DNA of 64,000 nt from an uncultured delta proteobacterium. Lineage in GTDB: Bacteria > Desulfobacterota > RBG-13-43-22. Every line of letters starts with the position of its first letter. Positions within the stretch are counted from its first letter, which is position 1. The notes beneath the pieces were generated by a model. That model did not search any database. It worked only from the letters and a program-made list of their open reading frames with translations, and had not been told where the DNA came from. A program made the translations under genes and the position numbers. Shown here in pieces: positions 27,965 through 42,053 of the stretch. The DNA lies in the NCBI GenBank assembly GCA_963843145.1, contig CAWJJC010000003.1, forward strand, positions 96,001-160,000. Direction: 5' to 3'.

Positions 27965-28486
27965 TTGAAAAAGACGGATAAGGAAAAGATCGTGGTCGAT
28001 CTTCGCCAACGTCTGACCAGATCTCAGGCCGTTTTTGTTACCGATTTTACAGGGTTGAATGTCGAATCGATCAACAAATTGCGCCGGGATCTGAAGCAGC
28101 GGGGAGATGAATACCAGGTCGTGAAGAAAACCCTGCTGCGGCGGGCCTCTCAGGAGACCCCGGTCTCGGCGATCGAGGACATTCTGGTGGGTCCCTGCGG
28201 GATTACCATCAGTTATGGGGATCCGGTGGCTTCGGCCAAACTGCTGGCGGACTTCGCCAAGGACCGGGATAAATTTGCCTTTAAGGGCGGGGTTCTTCAG
28301 GGAAGGCCGATTTCGGCAGAGGACGTAGGTCAACTGGCCAAGATGCCGTCCCGGGAAATTCTCCTGGGGCAGTTGTTGTCCGCGTTGGTGGCCGTGCCTA
28401 CCGGATTGGTTTCTACCCTGTCCGCTATCATTCAGAAATTTTTACTAACCTTGAAGGCCGTGGAAGACCAAAAAGCCCAGGCTTAA
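27965..28486 (+). CDS. rplJ: 50S ribosomal protein L10
   Basis: DFTGLNV, VVKKTL, PSREILL; TTG start. Confidence 0.95.
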   Translation: MKKTDKEKIVVDLRQRLTRSQAVFVTDFTGLNVESINKLRRDLKQRGDEYQVVKKTLLRRASQETPVSAIEDILVGPCGITISYGDPVASAKLLADFAKDRDKFAFKGGVLQGRPISAEDVGQLAKMPSREILLGQLLSALVAVPTGLVSTLSAIIQKFLLTLKAVEDQKAQA

Positions 28487-28513
28487 GATCAATTATCAGG
28501 AGGAAGATTAACG

Positions 28514-28903
28514 ATGGCTGAGAAAATCACTAAAGCAGAGGTAATCGAGTTCATTTCCAATATGACCGTCTTGGAGCTTTCCGAATTGGTCAAGGAGTTA
28601 GAAGATACCTTCGGCGTTAAGGCCTCGGCCCCGGTCATGGCCATGGCCGGCCCGATGCCGGGGGCCGGAGAAGCTGTGGTGCAGGAAGAGCAAACCGAAT
28701 TCGCCGTTATCCTGACCGGAGTGGGAGACAAAAAGATCCAAGTGATCAAGGAGGTCCGGGCCATTACGAATTTAGGGCTGAAGGAGGCCAAGGACGCCGT
28801 CGAGACTCTGCCCAGCACCATTAAGGAAGGCATCCCGAAAGAGGAAGCGGAAAATGTAAAAAAGCAGTTGGAAGCCGCTGGGGCCGCCGTGGAAATTAAG
28901 TAG
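28514..28903 (+). CDS. rplL: 50S ribosomal protein L7/L12
   Basis: [20 protein letters not shown]. Confidence 0.97.
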   Translation: MAEKITKAEVIEFISNMTVLELSELVKELEDTFGVKASAPVMAMAGPMPGAGEAVVQEEQTEFAVILTGVGDKKIQVIKEVRAITNLGLKEAKDAVETLPSTIKEGIPKEEAENVKKQLEAAGAAVEIK

Positions 28904-28965
28904 CTTGGCGGCTGATCGAGGCGGGCACCCGCTGCAACAAATGCTTGTCATGTAAAGGAGACGGG

Positions 28966-31900
28966 ATGAAAGATCGTTCTTTCCTCAACGTTCGGTTTCG
29001 AAAGAATTTCGGACACATCGAAAAGATTATCGATATTCCCAATTTGATGGACATGCAGAAGCAATCCTACGAACGTTTTCTGCAATACCATAGGGATCCC
29101 GATCAACGGGAAAATACCGGCCTGCAAGGGGTCTTTAAAAGCGTTTTTCCCATTCGGGATTTTAGCGGGTTATCTTCTCTGGAGTTTGTTCGATACAGTT
29201 TCGGTGAGGTAAAATACGATGAGGCGGAATGCCTGCAAAGGGGCATGACGTATGACGTGCCGATGAAAATCACCGTCCGCCTCATCGTTAACGATCTGGA
29301 CAAAGATACCGGGAGCCAAACGATTCGGGACATCAAGGAACAGGATATTTATTTCGGGACGATTCCCTTGATGACCGATAAGGGAACGTTCATCGTCAAC
29401 GGCACCGAGCGGGTAGTGGTCAGTCAGTTGCATCGGTCGCCGGGGGTGTTCTTTGCCCATGATAAGGGGAAGACCCACAGCAGTGGCCGCCTTTTATATT
29501 CAGCGCGGGTCATTCCTTTGCGCGGCTCCTGGATTGATCTGGAGTTTGATCCGAAAAATATCCTTTTTGTCCGCATCGACCGACGGAGGAAATTTCCGGT
29601 AACCATCCTGTTGAAGGCTTTAGGGTATTCCAATCAGGAGTTACTGAATTATTTTTACGAACGGGAGCGGATCACCCTGGAGGATGGGAAAATACGCCGG
29701 GAAGTCAATCCGGATTTCCTTTTGGGTAAAAAGGCCCCCCGGGACATTGTGAATCCCCTGACGGGAGAAGTGATCGTCCGCAAAAATCGAAAGATCAATA
29801 AGCGGATTATCAAATTGCTTCAGGACGCGGAAATCCGGTCGTTGCCGGCCAGGGCCGAAGACCTTGAGGGGTATTTCCTGGCGCAGGAAGTGGTGGATCC
29901 CGAGACCGGAGAGATCCTGATCGAAAGCAACGAGGAATTGACCCGGGAGAAACTAAACCTTCTGCTGCAAAAGAAGACGCCTTTTGTGGATTTGCTGTTT
30001 ATCGATGGGGTCAATGTCAGTTCTTCTCTGCGGGATACCTTGATTATGGATAAGGTGCCGGGCAGCGAAGAGGCCATCCTGGAGATCTATAAGAAGTTGC
30101 GCCCCAGCAACCCGCCAACCCTGGAAGTGGCCACCAACTTTTTTTACAACCTGTTTTTCAATCCGGACAACTACGATCTCTCGTCGGTGGGTCGGCTCAA
30201 GCTGAATCACCGCCTAGGCCTGGAGGTTCCCCTGGAGGATCGGACCCTGCGCAAAGAGGATATCCTGCTGACGGTGAAGAAGCTGATTGAGCTGAAGGAT
30301 ACCAACGGCGCGGTGGACGATATCGATCATTTGGGCAATCGCCGGGTCCGGGCCGTCGGCGAACTTTTGGAAAACCAGTATCGAATAGGGCTGGTGCGGA
30401 TGGAACGGGCCATCAAGGAGCGAATGACCCTGCAGGAGATCGAGACCCTGATGCCCCATGACCTGATCAATCCCAAACCGGTGGCCGCCGTGGTGAAGGA
30501 ATTTTTCGGGACCAGCCAGCTTTCTCAATTCATGGACCAGACCAATCCGCTCTCCGAAATCACCCACAAGAGGCGGTTGAGCGCTTTGGGTCCGGGCGGG
30601 CTTACCCGGGAGCGGGCCGGGTTTGAGGTGCGGGACGTGCATCCCACCCATTACGGGCGGATCTGTCCGATTGAAACACCCGAAGGCCCCAATATCGGCC
30701 TCATTGTTTCCCTGAGTACCTATGCCCGGGTAAATGAATTCGGTTTTATCGAAACCCCTTACCGGGTGGTCGAAGAGGGTACGGCTACTCAGGAAGTGAG
30801 ATTTTTAAGCGCGCTGGATGAGCAAGGGTTTAATATCGCTCAGGCCAATATCCCTTTGGACCGGGCCGGGCGTCTGGTCGATTCCATGGTTTCGGCCAGA
30901 AAGGACGGGGAATTTGTGATGGTCAATCGGGAGGAAGAGGGCATTGACCTCATGGACGTTTCTCCCAACCAGTTGGTCAGCGTGGCCGCCTCTCTGATCC
31001 CTTTCTTGGAAAATGACGACGCCAACCGGGCTTTGATGGGTTCCAATATGCAGCGGCAGGCCGTCCCGTTGCTCTCCTGTCGCGCCCCGATCATCGGTAC
31101 CGGGATCGAAGAGGTGGTGGCCCGGGATTCCGGGGTAACCGTGGTAGCCAAAAATAATGGCGTGGTGGAAGACGTGGACGCCGACCGGATTGTGGTTCGG
31201 TATATCACGGAGGAAACGAAAGCCCGTCCTTTGGGGGCCGGGGTGGAACTGTACAAATTAAATAAATTTCAGCGGTCCAACCAGAATACCTGTTTCAGTC
31301 AAAAACCGATCGTGCGTAAAGGGGACCCGATTCAAAAAGGACAGGTTATCGCCGATGGTCCCTCCACCGAGAAAGGAGAGTTGGCCTTAGGGCGTAACGT
31401 GTTGGTGGCCTTCATGTCCTGGGGCGGTTATAATTTTGAAGACTCCATCCTGGTGGGGGAGCATCTGGTTAAGGACGATGTTTTCACCTCGATTCATATC
31501 GAAGAATTCGAACTGGTGGCCCGGGATACCAAACTGGGCCGGGAGGAAATCACCCGGGATATTCCCAACCTGGGGGATGAGTCCTTAAAAAATTTGGACG
31601 AAAGCGGCATCATTCGCATCGGAGCGGAAGTGAAAGCCGGCGATATTTTGGTCGGGAAGGTTACCCCGAAAGGAGAAACCCAACTTTCCCCGGAGGAGAA
31701 ACTGCTCCGGGCGATCTTCGGAGAAAAGGCCGGGGACGTGAAGGACTCTTCCCTCCGGGTTCCGCCGGGGATCGAGGGCGTCGTTATCGAAGCCAAGGTT
31801 TTTTCCCGTAAAGGGGTGGAGCGGGATGCCCGGTCCAAGGCCATTGAAGAGGAAGAAGTGGCCCGGATCATGAAGGATCAAAACGACGAGATTCAGATTT

Positions 31901-33111
31901 TACATCGGGAGGCGCTGCAGCGCTTGAAGGCCTTGGTGGCCGGAAAAATATCGAGCAATACCATCAAAGAAGATCGCAGCGAAAAGGTCCTGATCGCCCG
32001 GGGGGAAAAAATTTCTCTGGAAAAATTGACCAAACTTCCGGTCAAAAAATGGAAAGACCTGGCGGTGTCCAAAGGTAAGGACCTCAAGGAAGAATTGGAA
32101 GGGATTATCAGGGATTATCAGGAAAAGGTGTCCTTGATCAAAGGGACTTTTGAGGGGAAGGTAGCCAAGTTGAAAAAAGGGGATGAACTCCCTCCCGGGG
32201 TGGTCAAAATGGTTAAAATCTACCTGGCCGTTAAGCGAAAGCTGGCGGTGGGAGATAAGATGGCCGGCCGGCACGGGAACAAGGGCGTGGTTTCCCGGAT
32301 TCTCCCCAGGGAGGATTTGCCTTATTTTGCCGACGGCACCTCGGTGGATATCGTCCTCAATCCTTTAGGGGTTCCCTCACGTATGAATGTGGGGCAGGTT
32401 TTGGAGACTCACTTGGGTTGGGCCTCTCGAGAGTTGGGCAAAAAGGTCGCCGATCTGGTCGGCGAGTTCCAGCGAGTCGCCGAAGCCCGAAAGCTGCTCA
32501 AAAAGGTCTACGAGTCGAAAAAAATAGACAGCTATTTCGATGCCATTCCGGATGAGGGCCTGCTCCTCTTAGAAGATCAGTTCCGGGAGGGGATTCACAT
32601 GGCCACCCCGGTTTTCGATGGGGCCGACGAGGCGGATATCCAACGGCTGCTGAAGCTGGCCGGGATTTCGGAAACCGGGAAGTCCGTCCTTTTCGACGGC
32701 CGGACCGGGGAACCTTTTGACCGACCGGTGACGGTGGGGGTCATGTATATGCTCAAGCTGCATCATCTGGTCGATGACAAGATTCATGCCCGGTCCATAG
32801 GCCCTTATTCACTGGTGACCCAGCAACCCCTGGGTGGAAAGGCTCAATTCGGCGGGCAGCGTCTGGGAGAAATGGAAGTCTGGGCCATGGAGGCTTACGG
32901 AGCCGCCTATACCCTTCAGGAATTCCTGACCGTCAAATCCGACGACGTAGCCGGCCGGACGCGGATGTACGAAAAAATCGTTAAAGGGGACAACGTGCTG
33001 GAGGCCGGGCTACCGGAATCCTTTAATGTCCTGATGAAAGAATTGCAGAGTCTGGGCTTGAATATTGAGCTCCTGGAGGGTGGGTCACCGGACCCCTCGC
33101 CGAACGCCTAA
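28966..33111 (+). CDS. rpoB: RNA polymerase beta subunit
   Basis: [30 protein letters not shown]. Confidence 0.98.
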   Translation: MKDRSFLNVRFRKNFGHIEKIIDIPNLMDMQKQSYERFLQYHRDPDQRENTGLQGVFKSVFPIRDFSGLSSLEFVRYSFGEVKYDEAECLQRGMTYDVPMKITVRLIVNDLDKDTGSQTIRDIKEQDIYFGTIPLMTDKGTFIVNGTERVVVSQLHRSPGVFFAHDKGKTHSSGRLLYSARVIPLRGSWIDLEFDPKNILFVRIDRRRKFPVTILLKALGYSNQELLNYFYERERITLEDGKIRREVNPDFLLGKKAPRDIVNPLTGEVIVRKNRKINKRIIKLLQDAEIRSLPARAEDLEGYFLAQEVVDPETGEILIESNEELTREKLNLLLQKKTPFVDLLFIDGVNVSSSLRDTLIMDKVPGSEEAILEIYKKLRPSNPPTLEVATNFFYNLFFNPDNYDLSSVGRLKLNHRLGLEVPLEDRTLRKEDILLTVKKLIELKDTNGAVDDIDHLGNRRVRAVGELLENQYRIGLVRMERAIKERMTLQEIETLMPHDLINPKPVAAVVKEFFGTSQLSQFMDQTNPLSEITHKRRLSALGPGGLTRERAGFEVRDVHPTHYGRICPIETPEGPNIGLIVSLSTYARVNEFGFIETPYRVVEEGTATQEVRFLSALDEQGFNIAQANIPLDRAGRLVDSMVSARKDGEFVMVNREEEGIDLMDVSPNQLVSVAASLIPFLENDDANRALMGSNMQRQAVPLLSCRAPIIGTGIEEVVARDSGVTVVAKNNGVVEDVDADRIVVRYITEETKARPLGAGVELYKLNKFQRSNQNTCFSQKPIVRKGDPIQKGQVIADGPSTEKGELALGRNVLVAFMSWGGYNFEDSILVGEHLVKDDVFTSIHIEEFELVARDTKLGREEITRDIPNLGDESLKNLDESGIIRIGAEVKAGDILVGKVTPKGETQLSPEEKLLRAIFGEKAGDVKDSSLRVPPGIEGVVIEAKVFSRKGVERDARSKAIEEEEVARIMKDQNDEIQILHREALQRLKALVAGKISSNTIKEDRSEKVLIARGEKISLEKLTKLPVKKWKDLAVSKGKDLKEELEGIIRDYQEKVSLIKGTFEGKVAKLKKGDELPPGVVKMVKIYLAVKRKLAVGDKMAGRHGNKGVVSRILPREDLPYFADGTSVDIVLNPLGVPSRMNVGQVLETHLGWASRELGKKVADLVGEFQRVAEARKLLKKVYESKKIDSYFDAIPDEGLLLLEDQFREGIHMATPVFDGADEADIQRLLKLAGISETGKSVLFDGRTGEPFDRPVTVGVMYMLKLHHLVDDKIHARSIGPYSLVTQQPLGGKAQFGGQRLGEMEVWAMEAYGAAYTLQEFLTVKSDDVAGRTRMYEKIVKGDNVLEAGLPESFNVLMKELQSLGLNIELLEGGSPDPSPNA

Positions 33112-33140
33112 GGCCGAAGTTTTTTTAGAGGAGTGTTGCC

Positions 33141-36100
33141 GTGGAAGATCTGTTCAGTTATTTTGCCAAACCGAAAGACCCGTTGAACTATTATGCGGTC
33201 AGGATTTCCCTGGCTTCCCCGCAAAAGATCCGAGAGTGGTCATTTGGGGAGGTTAAGAAGCCGGAGACCATCAACTACCGGACCTTTAAGCCCGAACGGG
33301 AAGGCCTTTTCTGCGCCAAAATATTTGGCCCCACCAAGGATTACGAGTGTAACTGCGGGAAATACAAGCGAATGAAGCACCGCGGGGTGGTCTGCGAAAA
33401 ATGCGGCGTGGAGGTCATCCAGTCCAAGGTCCGGCGGGAACGAATGGGTCACATCGAGCTGGCCACCCCGGTGGCCCACATCTGGTTTTTGAAGAGTTTG
33501 CCCAGCAAGATCGGCAATCTGCTGGACCTGACCCTTAAGGAATTGGAAAAAATACTTTATTTTGAGTCCTATATCGTCCTGGAATCCGAGGAGGCCTCGT
33601 TGCCTCCCAAAACCCTGCTTCCGGAAGAACGGTACCGGCAGGCCCGCGAAGAATTCGGGGATAAGTTCAAGGCCGGGATCGGCGCCGAGGCCATCCAAAT
33701 TCTGCTCCAGGCCCAGGACCTGGAGGGGGAATCCAAAACCTTGCGGGAGGAAGTTCGGACCACCCATTCTGAGGCCAAAAAGAAAAAGTACATCAAACGC
33801 CTGAAGGTTATTGAGGCCTTCAAGGATTCCGGAAACCGGCCCGAGTGGATGGTCATGGACGTTATCCCGGTGCTGCCGCCGGACTTGCGGCCCTTGGTGC
33901 CCTTGGATGGGGGACGGTTCGCCACCTCGGATCTCAACGATCTCTATCGCCGGGTGATTAATCGCAATAATCGGCTTAAAAGGCTTCTGGAACTCAACGC
34001 CCCCGATATCATTATTCGCAACGAGAAAAGGATGCTCCAGGAAGCGGTGGACGTCCTGTTCGATAACGGCCGGAGGGGTAAGGTCATCACCGGTACCAAT
34101 AAACGTCCCCTGAAATCCCTGAGCGACATGCTCAAAGGGAAACAGGGGCGGTTCCGTCAAAATCTTTTAGGAAAACGGGTGGACTATTCCGGTCGTACGG
34201 TTATCGTCATCGGCCCCAATCTGCGTTTGCACCAGTGCGGCTTGCCCAAAAAGATGGCCTTGGAGCTTTTTAAACCCTTCATCTATAACAAATTGGAGGA
34301 AAAAGGGTTCGTCAGCACCATCAAAACCGCCAAACGGATGGTGGAAAAAGAAACCCCCGAAGTTTGGGATACCCTGGATGAAGTGGTTCGGGAATATCCC
34401 ATCCTGCTCAACCGGGCGCCCACCTTGCATCGTTTGGGTATCCAGGCTTTTGAACCCATCTTAGTCGAAGGCAAGGCCATTCAGCTTCACCCCCTGGTCT
34501 GCGCGGCGTTCAACGCCGACTTTGACGGGGATCAGATGGCCGTCCATGTCCCTCTCTCCATCCAGGCCCAAATCGAGGCCCGGGTGCTGATGATGTCCAC
34601 CAACAACATCCTTTCTCCGGCCAACGGGGAACCGATTATCGTGCCTTCCCAGGATATCGTCCTGGGGCTGTATTACCTGACCCGGGACCGCTTTTTTCAA
34701 AAAGGGGAGGGCAAGATTTTTTCCGGGCCGGAGGAAGTCCGCCGGGCCTATGACGCCAAAGAAGCGGACCTGCATGCCCGTATCCGGATGCGCCTGAACG
34801 GCCAGTTGCTGGATACCACCGTGGGACGGGTCTTGCTGTTCGAAGTGATTCCGCCCATGATCCCCTTCAAGCGGGTCAACCGGGTCATGACCAAAAAGGA
34901 AATCCGGAAGCTGATCGACGATTGCTACCGGAAGGCCGGGATCAAGGAGACGGTTATTTTGGCCGACCGGTTAAAGGATGTCGGTTTTCACTATGCCACC
35001 TTATCCGGGATTTCCATTTCCGTGGCCGACATGAAGGTTCCCCCCGAGAAAAAAGAGATTTTGCGCAAGGCCGAAGACGAAGTCCGCCGGGTGGAGAAGC
35101 AGTACGTCGACGGACTGATCACCGACGGAGAAAAATACAACAAACTGGTGGATATCTGGGCCAAGGCCAGTGAGGACGTGGCCCAGGAGATGATGGAAGT
35201 GATGGGCACCGAAATGGTGGCCGGTCCCCAGGACAGCCAGGTTATGGTGCCCAGTTTTAACCCCATTTTTATGATGTCCGATTCCGGTTCCCGGGGTAGC
35301 AAAGACCAGATGCGCCAGTTGGCCGGCATGCGGGGACTGATGGCCAAACCTTCCGGGGAGATCATCGAGACGCCGATCCGAGCCAATTTCAGAGAAGGCC
35401 TGAGCGTGTTGGAATACTTCATTTCCACCCACGGGGCCCGGAAAGGGCTGGCCGATACGGCCTTGAAGACCGCCAATTCCGGCTATTTAACCCGCCGCTT
35501 AGTGGATGTCTCCCAGGACATGATTATCCACGAGGAAGACTGCGGCACCATCGACGGGATTATCGTGGAGGCCCTGCGGGAAGCCGGGGAGGTGATCCAG
35601 CCCATCGGGGAGCGGGTTTTGGGCCGGGTGGCCCTGACGGATATCAAAGACCCTTACAGTGAAGAAGTGCTGGTCCAGTCTAATACCGAGATCGACGAGG
35701 CGGCGGTGGAGCGACTGGAAGAGGCCGGTATCGAACGGGTCTCTATCCGGTCGGTGTTGACCTGTCAGAGCGTTCGCGGGGTGTGCGCCCGTTGCTATGG
35801 CCGTGATTTGGCCTACGGGAAACCGGTCAATATCGGAGAGGCCATCGGTATCATTGCCGCCCAATCCATTGGTGAACCGGGAACCCAGCTCACCATGCGG
35901 ACCTTTCATATCGGCGGCGTGGCCAAACAGCGCAGTGAACAATCGACGCTCCACGCCCGGACCGACGGGCGGGTGCGCTTCGTTCAATTGAATACGGTAG
36001 TGAATCGCGACGGCGACCCGGTGGTGATGAACCGTAACGGCCAGATGGCCATCGAGGATGATAAAGGTCGGGAACGGGAGCGTTATCCCCTGATTTACGG

Positions 36101-37238
36101 GACCCAGTTGAAAATCAAGGAAGGACAAGCGGTTAAGGCCGGAGACTTGCTGGCCAATTGGGACCCCTTTACCATTCCGATCATTACCGCCGTATCCGGG
36201 AAAGTGAAATTTGGAGACGTCAACGAAGGGATGACCATGGAAGAGCGGCGGGATGTGGTGACCGGAAAATCCAGTAAGGTCATCGTGGAATACCGGGATG
36301 CGGAAATGCGGCCTCGAATTTCCATCAAGGATGACCAGGGCCGGACGGCCAAGTTGCCCCAATCCAATGCCTGGGCCCGGTATCTGCTCCCCTTGGGGGC
36401 GATTATCCTGGTCACCGAGGGTGATGCGATTTTAGCCGGCGACGTCGTGGCTAAGATCCCCCGCGAAACCACCAAGACCAAAGACATCACCGGCGGTCTG
36501 CCCCGGGTGGCCGAGTTATTTGAAGTTCGCAAACCCAAAGAGCACGCCGTGATCACCGAAATCGACGGGCTGGTGACTTTTGGGAAGCACAGCAAAGGGA
36601 AACGAAAGGTGGTGGTCACCCCGGAAGTGGGCGAGCCTCGAGAATACCTCATTCCCAAAGGCAAACACGTGAGCGTGCAGGAAGGGGACGTCATCCTGGC
36701 CGGCGAGGCCCTGATGGACGGGTCGGCCAACCCCCACGACATCCTGAGCGTCAGCGGGATCAAGGAATTGGCCAAATACCTGGTCAATGAAGTCCAGGAA
36801 GTCTACCGCCTTCAGGGGGTGAAAATCAACGACAAGCACATCGAGGTCATTGTTCGCCAGATGCTCCGCAAGGTCAAGATCAAGGATCCGGGAGACAGCG
36901 ATTATTTGGTGGGGGATCAGGTGGAGTGGCAGGTCTTCACTCAGAAAAACCGGGAAGTCCTGGCCGAGGGAGGAAGACCGGCCCAGGCCGAGCCGCTCCT
37001 TCAGGGGATTACCAAGGCCTCCCTGTCGACCGACAGTTTCATTTCCGCGGCCTCCTTCCAGGAGACGACCAAGGTCCTGACCGACGCCAGCATCGGCGGA
37101 GAAAAAGACTATTTACGGGGCTTGAAGGAAAATGTCATCCTGGGGCGCATCATTCCGGCCGGCACCGGGATGGCGGTCTACCGGAATATTCTTTTGCCCC
37201 AACCGGGTAAGGCCGTGGCGGAACGGAGCGAACCGTAA
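33141..37238 (+). CDS. rpoC: RNA polymerase beta' subunit
   Basis: NADFDGD active-site motif, Zn-binding Cys motifs; GTG start. Confidence 0.98.
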   Translation: MEDLFSYFAKPKDPLNYYAVRISLASPQKIREWSFGEVKKPETINYRTFKPEREGLFCAKIFGPTKDYECNCGKYKRMKHRGVVCEKCGVEVIQSKVRRERMGHIELATPVAHIWFLKSLPSKIGNLLDLTLKELEKILYFESYIVLESEEASLPPKTLLPEERYRQAREEFGDKFKAGIGAEAIQILLQAQDLEGESKTLREEVRTTHSEAKKKKYIKRLKVIEAFKDSGNRPEWMVMDVIPVLPPDLRPLVPLDGGRFATSDLNDLYRRVINRNNRLKRLLELNAPDIIIRNEKRMLQEAVDVLFDNGRRGKVITGTNKRPLKSLSDMLKGKQGRFRQNLLGKRVDYSGRTVIVIGPNLRLHQCGLPKKMALELFKPFIYNKLEEKGFVSTIKTAKRMVEKETPEVWDTLDEVVREYPILLNRAPTLHRLGIQAFEPILVEGKAIQLHPLVCAAFNADFDGDQMAVHVPLSIQAQIEARVLMMSTNNILSPANGEPIIVPSQDIVLGLYYLTRDRFFQKGEGKIFSGPEEVRRAYDAKEADLHARIRMRLNGQLLDTTVGRVLLFEVIPPMIPFKRVNRVMTKKEIRKLIDDCYRKAGIKETVILADRLKDVGFHYATLSGISISVADMKVPPEKKEILRKAEDEVRRVEKQYVDGLITDGEKYNKLVDIWAKASEDVAQEMMEVMGTEMVAGPQDSQVMVPSFNPIFMMSDSGSRGSKDQMRQLAGMRGLMAKPSGEIIETPIRANFREGLSVLEYFISTHGARKGLADTALKTANSGYLTRRLVDVSQDMIIHEEDCGTIDGIIVEALREAGEVIQPIGERVLGRVALTDIKDPYSEEVLVQSNTEIDEAAVERLEEAGIERVSIRSVLTCQSVRGVCARCYGRDLAYGKPVNIGEAIGIIAAQSIGEPGTQLTMRTFHIGGVAKQRSEQSTLHARTDGRVRFVQLNTVVNRDGDPVVMNRNGQMAIEDDKGRERERYPLIYGTQLKIKEGQAVKAGDLLANWDPFTIPIITAVSGKVKFGDVNEGMTMEERRDVVTGKSSKVIVEYRDAEMRPRISIKDDQGRTAKLPQSNAWARYLLPLGAIILVTEGDAILAGDVVAKIPRETTKTKDITGGLPRVAELFEVRKPKEHAVITEIDGLVTFGKHSKGKRKVVVTPEVGEPREYLIPKGKHVSVQEGDVILAGEALMDGSANPHDILSVSGIKELAKYLVNEVQEVYRLQGVKINDKHIEVIVRQMLRKVKIKDPGDSDYLVGDQVEWQVFTQKNREVLAEGGRPAQAEPLLQGITKASLSTDSFISAASFQETTKVLTDASIGGEKDYLRGLKENVILGRIIPAGTGMAVYRNILLPQPGKAVAERSEP

Positions 37239-37264
37239 TTCCTGGAAACTGGGCCAAAAAAGAG

Positions 37265-37294
37265 TTGACAAGTCGCAAAAAATAAGATAATAAT
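37265..37294 (+). promoter_or_regulatory. Putative str operon promoter
   Basis: Perfect TTGACA followed by an AT-rich -10 region (exact hexamer ambiguous). Confidence 0.5.
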
Positions 37295-37380
37295 ATAAAT
37301 TTTTTAAAAATAGTCAAATATTTGCGACCGACAGCCTTCGGGGAAGGTCGGTCAACGGGGTGTTTCAAAAAAGGAGCGGT

Positions 37381-37752
37381 ATGGCCACCATTAATCAACT
37401 CATTCGTCAGGGCAGGACCAAGGTTAAAGGAAAAGTATCCACGCCGGCCTTAAAGGCCTGCCCTCAGAAACGAGGCGTCTGTATCCGGGTTTATACCTCA
37501 ACGCCCAAAAAGCCTAACTCCGCGCTGCGGAAGGTGGCCCGGGTTCGTTTGACGAACGGCATGGAGGTGACCACCTATATTCCGGGGGTCGGGCATAACC
37601 TCCAGGAGCATTCCGTGGTCCTGATCCGGGGGGGACGGGTGAAAGACCTGCCCGGGGTCCGCTATCATATCATCCGCGGCACCCTGGACTCCATCGGGGT
37701 AGCCGATCGCAAAAAGAGTCGGTCCAAATACGGGGCCAAAAGGCCTAAGTAG
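37381..37752 (+). CDS. rpsL: 30S ribosomal protein S12
   Basis: [23 protein letters not shown]. Confidence 0.98.
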   Translation: MATINQLIRQGRTKVKGKVSTPALKACPQKRGVCIRVYTSTPKKPNSALRKVARVRLTNGMEVTTYIPGVGHNLQEHSVVLIRGGRVKDLPGVRYHIIRGTLDSIGVADRKKSRSKYGAKRPK

Positions 37753-37834
37753 CCCGGTTCCGGAAAAAGCGGGGCGCAGCGGAGCCTGCGTTCTCAGCCC
37801 AAAAAAAACAAACGTCACTCAGCTAGAGGTCACC

Positions 37835-38305
37835 ATGCCGCGCAAAAGAGAAGTTCAGAAAAGGGAGATCCTGCCCGACCCGAAATATCATAGCCCTTTG
37901 GCGGCCAAATTCGTCAACAGCCTGATGGGCCGCGGGAAAAAAAGCACCGCCGAATCCATCCTCTATCGGGCCCTGGAGATCATCGGGAAGAAAAGTGAAG
38001 AGGAACCGCTGAAGATTTTTGAGAAGGCCTTGGATAACGTCAAACCGGTCATCGAAGTAAAATCCCGGCGGGTCGGGGGGTCCACCTATCAGGTCCCGGT
38101 GGAAGTTCGGGCCAATCGCCGTCTTTCGCTCAGTATCCGCTGGCTGATCGCCTATTCCCAGGCCCGTTCGGAAAAGACCATGGAGGCCAAACTGGCCGGA
38201 GAGTTCCTGGATGCCGCTAATAACCGCGGGGCGGCCATCAAGAAAAAAGAGGATACCCATAAAATGGCGGAAGCCAACAAGGCCTTCGCCCATTACCGCT
38301 GGTAG
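37835..38305 (+). CDS. rpsG: 30S ribosomal protein S7
   Basis: [24 protein letters not shown]. Confidence 0.98.
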   Translation: MPRKREVQKREILPDPKYHSPLAAKFVNSLMGRGKKSTAESILYRALEIIGKKSEEEPLKIFEKALDNVKPVIEVKSRRVGGSTYQVPVEVRANRRLSLSIRWLIAYSQARSEKTMEAKLAGEFLDAANNRGAAIKKKEDTHKMAEANKAFAHYRW

Positions 38306-38352
38306 TCGGATCAGACCGGGCCAGAAGCCGATGTGGTCGGGAGAATTAGAAA

Positions 38353-40431
38353 TTGGTCGAAAAACAAGCGCTAACACGAATCCGGAACATTGGTATTATG
38401 GCCCATATCGATGCCGGGAAAACCACGACTACCGAGCGCATCCTCTATTATACCGGGGTATCCTATAAAATGGGTGAAGTTCACGAGGGCTCAGCGGTCA
38501 TGGACTGGATGGAACAGGAGCAGGAGAGGGGCATCACCATCACCTCGGCCGCGACCACCTGTTATTGGCAGGATCACCGCATCAATATCATTGATACCCC
38601 CGGGCATGTGGATTTTACCATGGAAGTGGAACGCGCCCTGAGGGTCTTGGATGGGGCGATAGCCGTCTTTGACGCCGTAGCCGGCGTGGAACCGCAGTCC
38701 GAAACGGTTTGGCGGCAGGCCGATCGCTACGGGATCCCGCGGCTGGCCTTTATCAACAAGATGGACCGCGTGGGGGCGGATCCGGAGCGTTGCCTGCGGA
38801 TGATGGCAGAACGATTGGGGGCCAAACCGGTTTTTATCCAATTACCGCTGGGCCTGGAAGAAAAATTCACCGGGTTGATTGATTTGATCCGGGAGGAAGC
38901 GGTCTTTTTTGATGAAGACTCTCTGGGACGGCAACTGGTTCGCGGGCCGGTGCCGGAAAGCCTGCGTCCCGCGGCCCTCGAACAGCGACAGCGACTGATC
39001 GAATCTTTGGCCGAACACGACGATAATCTGATGGAGAAGTACGTGGAGGGACAACCCATTTCCCCGGTGGAGATCCGGGAGGCCTTGCGCCTGGCTACCT
39101 TGAGCCAGGCCGTAGTCCCCGTCCTCTGCGGTTCGGCCTTTAAGAATAAGGGGATTCAACCTTTATTGGACGCCATTGTGGACTACCTGCCGGCGCCCAC
39201 CGACGTGCCGCCCATCACCGGAATCAATCCTCGGGGACAGGTCGAACCCCGGTCCGCCGACGAAAAAGGACCCTTTACGGCCTTGGCTTTTAAAATCATG
39301 TCCGATCCTTACGTAGGGCACTTGACCTTCCTGAGGGTCTACTCGGGCCGGGTGATTTCCGGGGGGACCGTGGTCAATGTCAATAAAGGGAAAAAAGAGA
39401 AGATCGGGCGACTGCTGAAAATGCACGCCAACCAGCGGGAAGACATCAAGGAAATACAGGCGGGGGATATCGTGGCGGTCGTGGGCCTGAAAAATACCAC
39501 CACCGGGGACAGCCTCTGTTCTCCGGAAGCGCCGCTGCTCTTGGAATCGCTTCAGGTTCCCATCCCGGTTATCTCCATTGCCGTGGAACCTCGGACCAAG
39601 GCCGACATGGACAAATTGGGCCTCTCCCTGCAGCGGATCGTGGCCGAAGACCCTTCCTTCCTGGTGCACACCGACGAGGAAACCGGCCAGACGCTGTTAT
39701 CCGGAATGGGCGAACTCCATTTAGAGATCATCGTCGATCGCTTGACCAGGGAATTTAAGGTGGATGCCAATATCGGCCAACCCCAGGTGGCCTATAAGGA
39801 AACGATTACCCAGCAGGTTAAGCAGGAGGGCAAATATATTCGGCAGAGCGGCGGTCGCGGGCAATACGGCCATGTGGTGCTGGAAATTTACCCCCGGGAA
39901 GCCGGCAGCGGGTTTCTATTTGAGAATAAGATTTTCGGCGGCGTCGTCCCCAAGGAATATATCCCGGCGATTGAGAAGGGGGTCCGCGAGGCCATGGCCG
40001 GAGGGGTTCTGGCCGGGTATCCCCTGATTGATTTGGGGGTCCGGTTGCTGGACGGTTCGTACCATGAGGTGGATTCTTCGGAGCGGGCCTTCCATTTTGC
40101 CGCTTCCATCGCCCTCAAGGAAGCGGTGGCCAAGGCCCGGTTGGTTTTGCTGGAACCGGTCATGGGGCTGGAGATCGTCACCCCGGAGGAGTTTGTCGGC
40201 GATGTGATGGGAGACATTACCGGCCGCCGGGGAAAAATCCTGGGACTGGAGTCCCGGGGTCAGGCCCGGATCATTGAGGCCCAGGCCCCCATGGCGGAGA
40301 TGTTTGGGTATTCCACCTCCATCCGGTCGTCGACCCAGGGCCGGGCGACGTTCACCCTCCAATTTTCTCATTACGAAAAAGTACCGCAATCTATATTGGA
40401 AGGCCTGTTAGCCGGCCGGAAAAAGAAATAA
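38353..40431 (+). CDS. fusA: Elongation factor G
   Basis: [25 protein letters not shown]; TTG start. Confidence 0.97.
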   Translation: MVEKQALTRIRNIGIMAHIDAGKTTTTERILYYTGVSYKMGEVHEGSAVMDWMEQEQERGITITSAATTCYWQDHRINIIDTPGHVDFTMEVERALRVLDGAIAVFDAVAGVEPQSETVWRQADRYGIPRLAFINKMDRVGADPERCLRMMAERLGAKPVFIQLPLGLEEKFTGLIDLIREEAVFFDEDSLGRQLVRGPVPESLRPAALEQRQRLIESLAEHDDNLMEKYVEGQPISPVEIREALRLATLSQAVVPVLCGSAFKNKGIQPLLDAIVDYLPAPTDVPPITGINPRGQVEPRSADEKGPFTALAFKIMSDPYVGHLTFLRVYSGRVISGGTVVNVNKGKKEKIGRLLKMHANQREDIKEIQAGDIVAVVGLKNTTTGDSLCSPEAPLLLESLQVPIPVISIAVEPRTKADMDKLGLSLQRIVAEDPSFLVHTDEETGQTLLSGMGELHLEIIVDRLTREFKVDANIGQPQVAYKETITQQVKQEGKYIRQSGGRGQYGHVVLEIYPREAGSGFLFENKIFGGVVPKEYIPAIEKGVREAMAGGVLAGYPLIDLGVRLLDGSYHEVDSSERAFHFAASIALKEAVAKARLVLLEPVMGLEIVTPEEFVGDVMGDITGRRGKILGLESRGQARIIEAQAPMAEMFGYSTSIRSSTQGRATFTLQFSHYEKVPQSILEGLLAGRKKK

Positions 40432-40493
40432 TCGTCTTCGGACTGCAACCCAAAAAGGGATTGGACCACATTTAACCAAGGGGGACGAGACTG

Positions 40494-41693
40494 ATGGCCA
40501 AGAAGAAATTTGAACGGACGAAGCCGCATGTGAATGTGGGGACGATCGGGCATATTGATCATGGGAAGACGACCTTGACGGCGGCGATCACGCTTTGTTT
40601 ATCGAAGACCGGGTTTGCGAATTACATACCCTTTGACGAGATCGACAAGGCGCCGGAGGAGAAGGAGCGGGGCATTACGATCGCCACGGCCCACGTGGAG
40701 TACGAGACCAAGAAGCGGCATTATGCGCACGTGGACTGTCCGGGGCACGCGGACTATATCAAGAACATGATCACCGGGGCGGCGCAGATGGACGGGGCGA
40801 TTCTGGTGGTGGGGGCGGATGACGGGCCGATGCCGCAGACGCGGGAGCATATTTTATTGGGACGCCAGGTGGGCGTGCCGTACATTGTGGTTTTTTTGAA
40901 CAAGGTGGACATGGTGGATGATCCGGAGTTGATCGAGCTGGTGGAGCTGGAACTGCGGGAACTCTTGAGCAAGTATGAGTATCCGGGGGACGATATCCCG
41001 ATCATCAAGGGATCGGCGCTGAAAGCGCTGGAGTGCGGCTGCGGGAAAGGGGACTGTCCCAGTTGCCAGCCCATCCTGGAGCTGATGGAGGCGATCGACA
41101 ATTATGTACCGGAGCCGGTGCGGGATATTGAGAAGCCGTTTTTGATGCCGGTGGAGGACGTGTTCAGCATTTCGGGCCGGGGGACGGTAGTCACGGGCCG
41201 GGTGGAACGCGGGATGATCAAGGTCGGTGAGGAAGTGGAGATCGTGGGGATTCGGCCGACGGTGAAGACGATCTGTACCGGGGTGGAGATGTTTCGGAAG
41301 ACCTTGGATCAGGGCCAGGCGGGAGACAACGTGGGGTTGCTGCTGCGGGGGACCAAGCGGGACGATGTGGAGCGGGGTCAGGTGGTAGCCAAGACGGGAT
41401 CGATCACGCCGCACACCAAGTTCAAGGCGGAGTCGTACATTCTGTCGAAGGAGGAAGGCGGGCGGCACACGCCGTTTTTCAACGGCTACCGGCCGCAGTT
41501 TTATTTTCGGACCACCGACGTGACGGGGGTGGTGACCCTGCCGGAAGGGGTGGAGATGGTGATGCCGGGAGACAACGTCTCGATGACGGTGTCCTTGATC
41601 ATGCCCATTGCCATGGAGAAGGAACTCCGCTTTGCCATTCGTGAGGGAGGTCGGACCGTAGGCGCCGGCGTGATCTCCGAAATCTTGGAATAA
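40494..41693 (+). CDS. tuf: Elongation factor Tu (str operon copy)
   Basis: Protein identical to 23840-25039. Confidence 0.98.
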   Translation: MAKKKFERTKPHVNVGTIGHIDHGKTTLTAAITLCLSKTGFANYIPFDEIDKAPEEKERGITIATAHVEYETKKRHYAHVDCPGHADYIKNMITGAAQMDGAILVVGADDGPMPQTREHILLGRQVGVPYIVVFLNKVDMVDDPELIELVELELRELLSKYEYPGDDIPIIKGSALKALECGCGKGDCPSCQPILELMEAIDNYVPEPVRDIEKPFLMPVEDVFSISGRGTVVTGRVERGMIKVGEEVEIVGIRPTVKTICTGVEMFRKTLDQGQAGDNVGLLLRGTKRDDVERGQVVAKTGSITPHTKFKAESYILSKEEGGRHTPFFNGYRPQFYFRTTDVTGVVTLPEGVEMVMPGDNVSMTVSLIMPIAMEKELRFAIREGGRTVGAGVISEILE

Positions 41694-41716
41694 CGGAATT
41701 GCTAAAGGATTAGATT

Positions 41717-42028
41717 ATGATGACCAGTCAGAAGATCCGAATTCAACTCAGGGCCTTTGATCATAGACTCCTGGACCAGTCAGCGGCCGAAATCGTGGAG
41801 ACGGCCAAGCGGACCGGTGCGCGAATCGCCGGACCGATTCCCTTGCCGACCCGAATCAAGAAGTTTTGCGTCCTGCGGTCACCCCACGTGGATAAGAAAT
41901 CGCGTGAACAGTTTGAAATTCGGACGCACAAACGGTTACTGGATATTCTGGAACCTACCCAAGCCACAGTGGATGCTTTAATGAAGTTAGACCTCTCCGC
42001 CGGTGTGGACGTGGAGATAAAATTGTAG
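41717..42028 (+). CDS. rpsJ: 30S ribosomal protein S10
   Basis: [21 protein letters not shown]. Confidence 0.97.
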   Translation: MMTSQKIRIQLRAFDHRLLDQSAAEIVETAKRTGARIAGPIPLPTRIKKFCVLRSPHVDKKSREQFEIRTHKRLLDILEPTQATVDALMKLDLSAGVDVEIKL

Positions 42029-42053
42029 AGAGGCCTGGAAGGGGCGAGAACAG

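Noticed and set aside
30505-30600. Rifampicin-resistance changes in rpoB (and streptomycin sites in rpsL)
   Set aside because: Cluster I ([15 protein letters not shown]) and the S12 PKKPNS/RVKD motifs are wild type.
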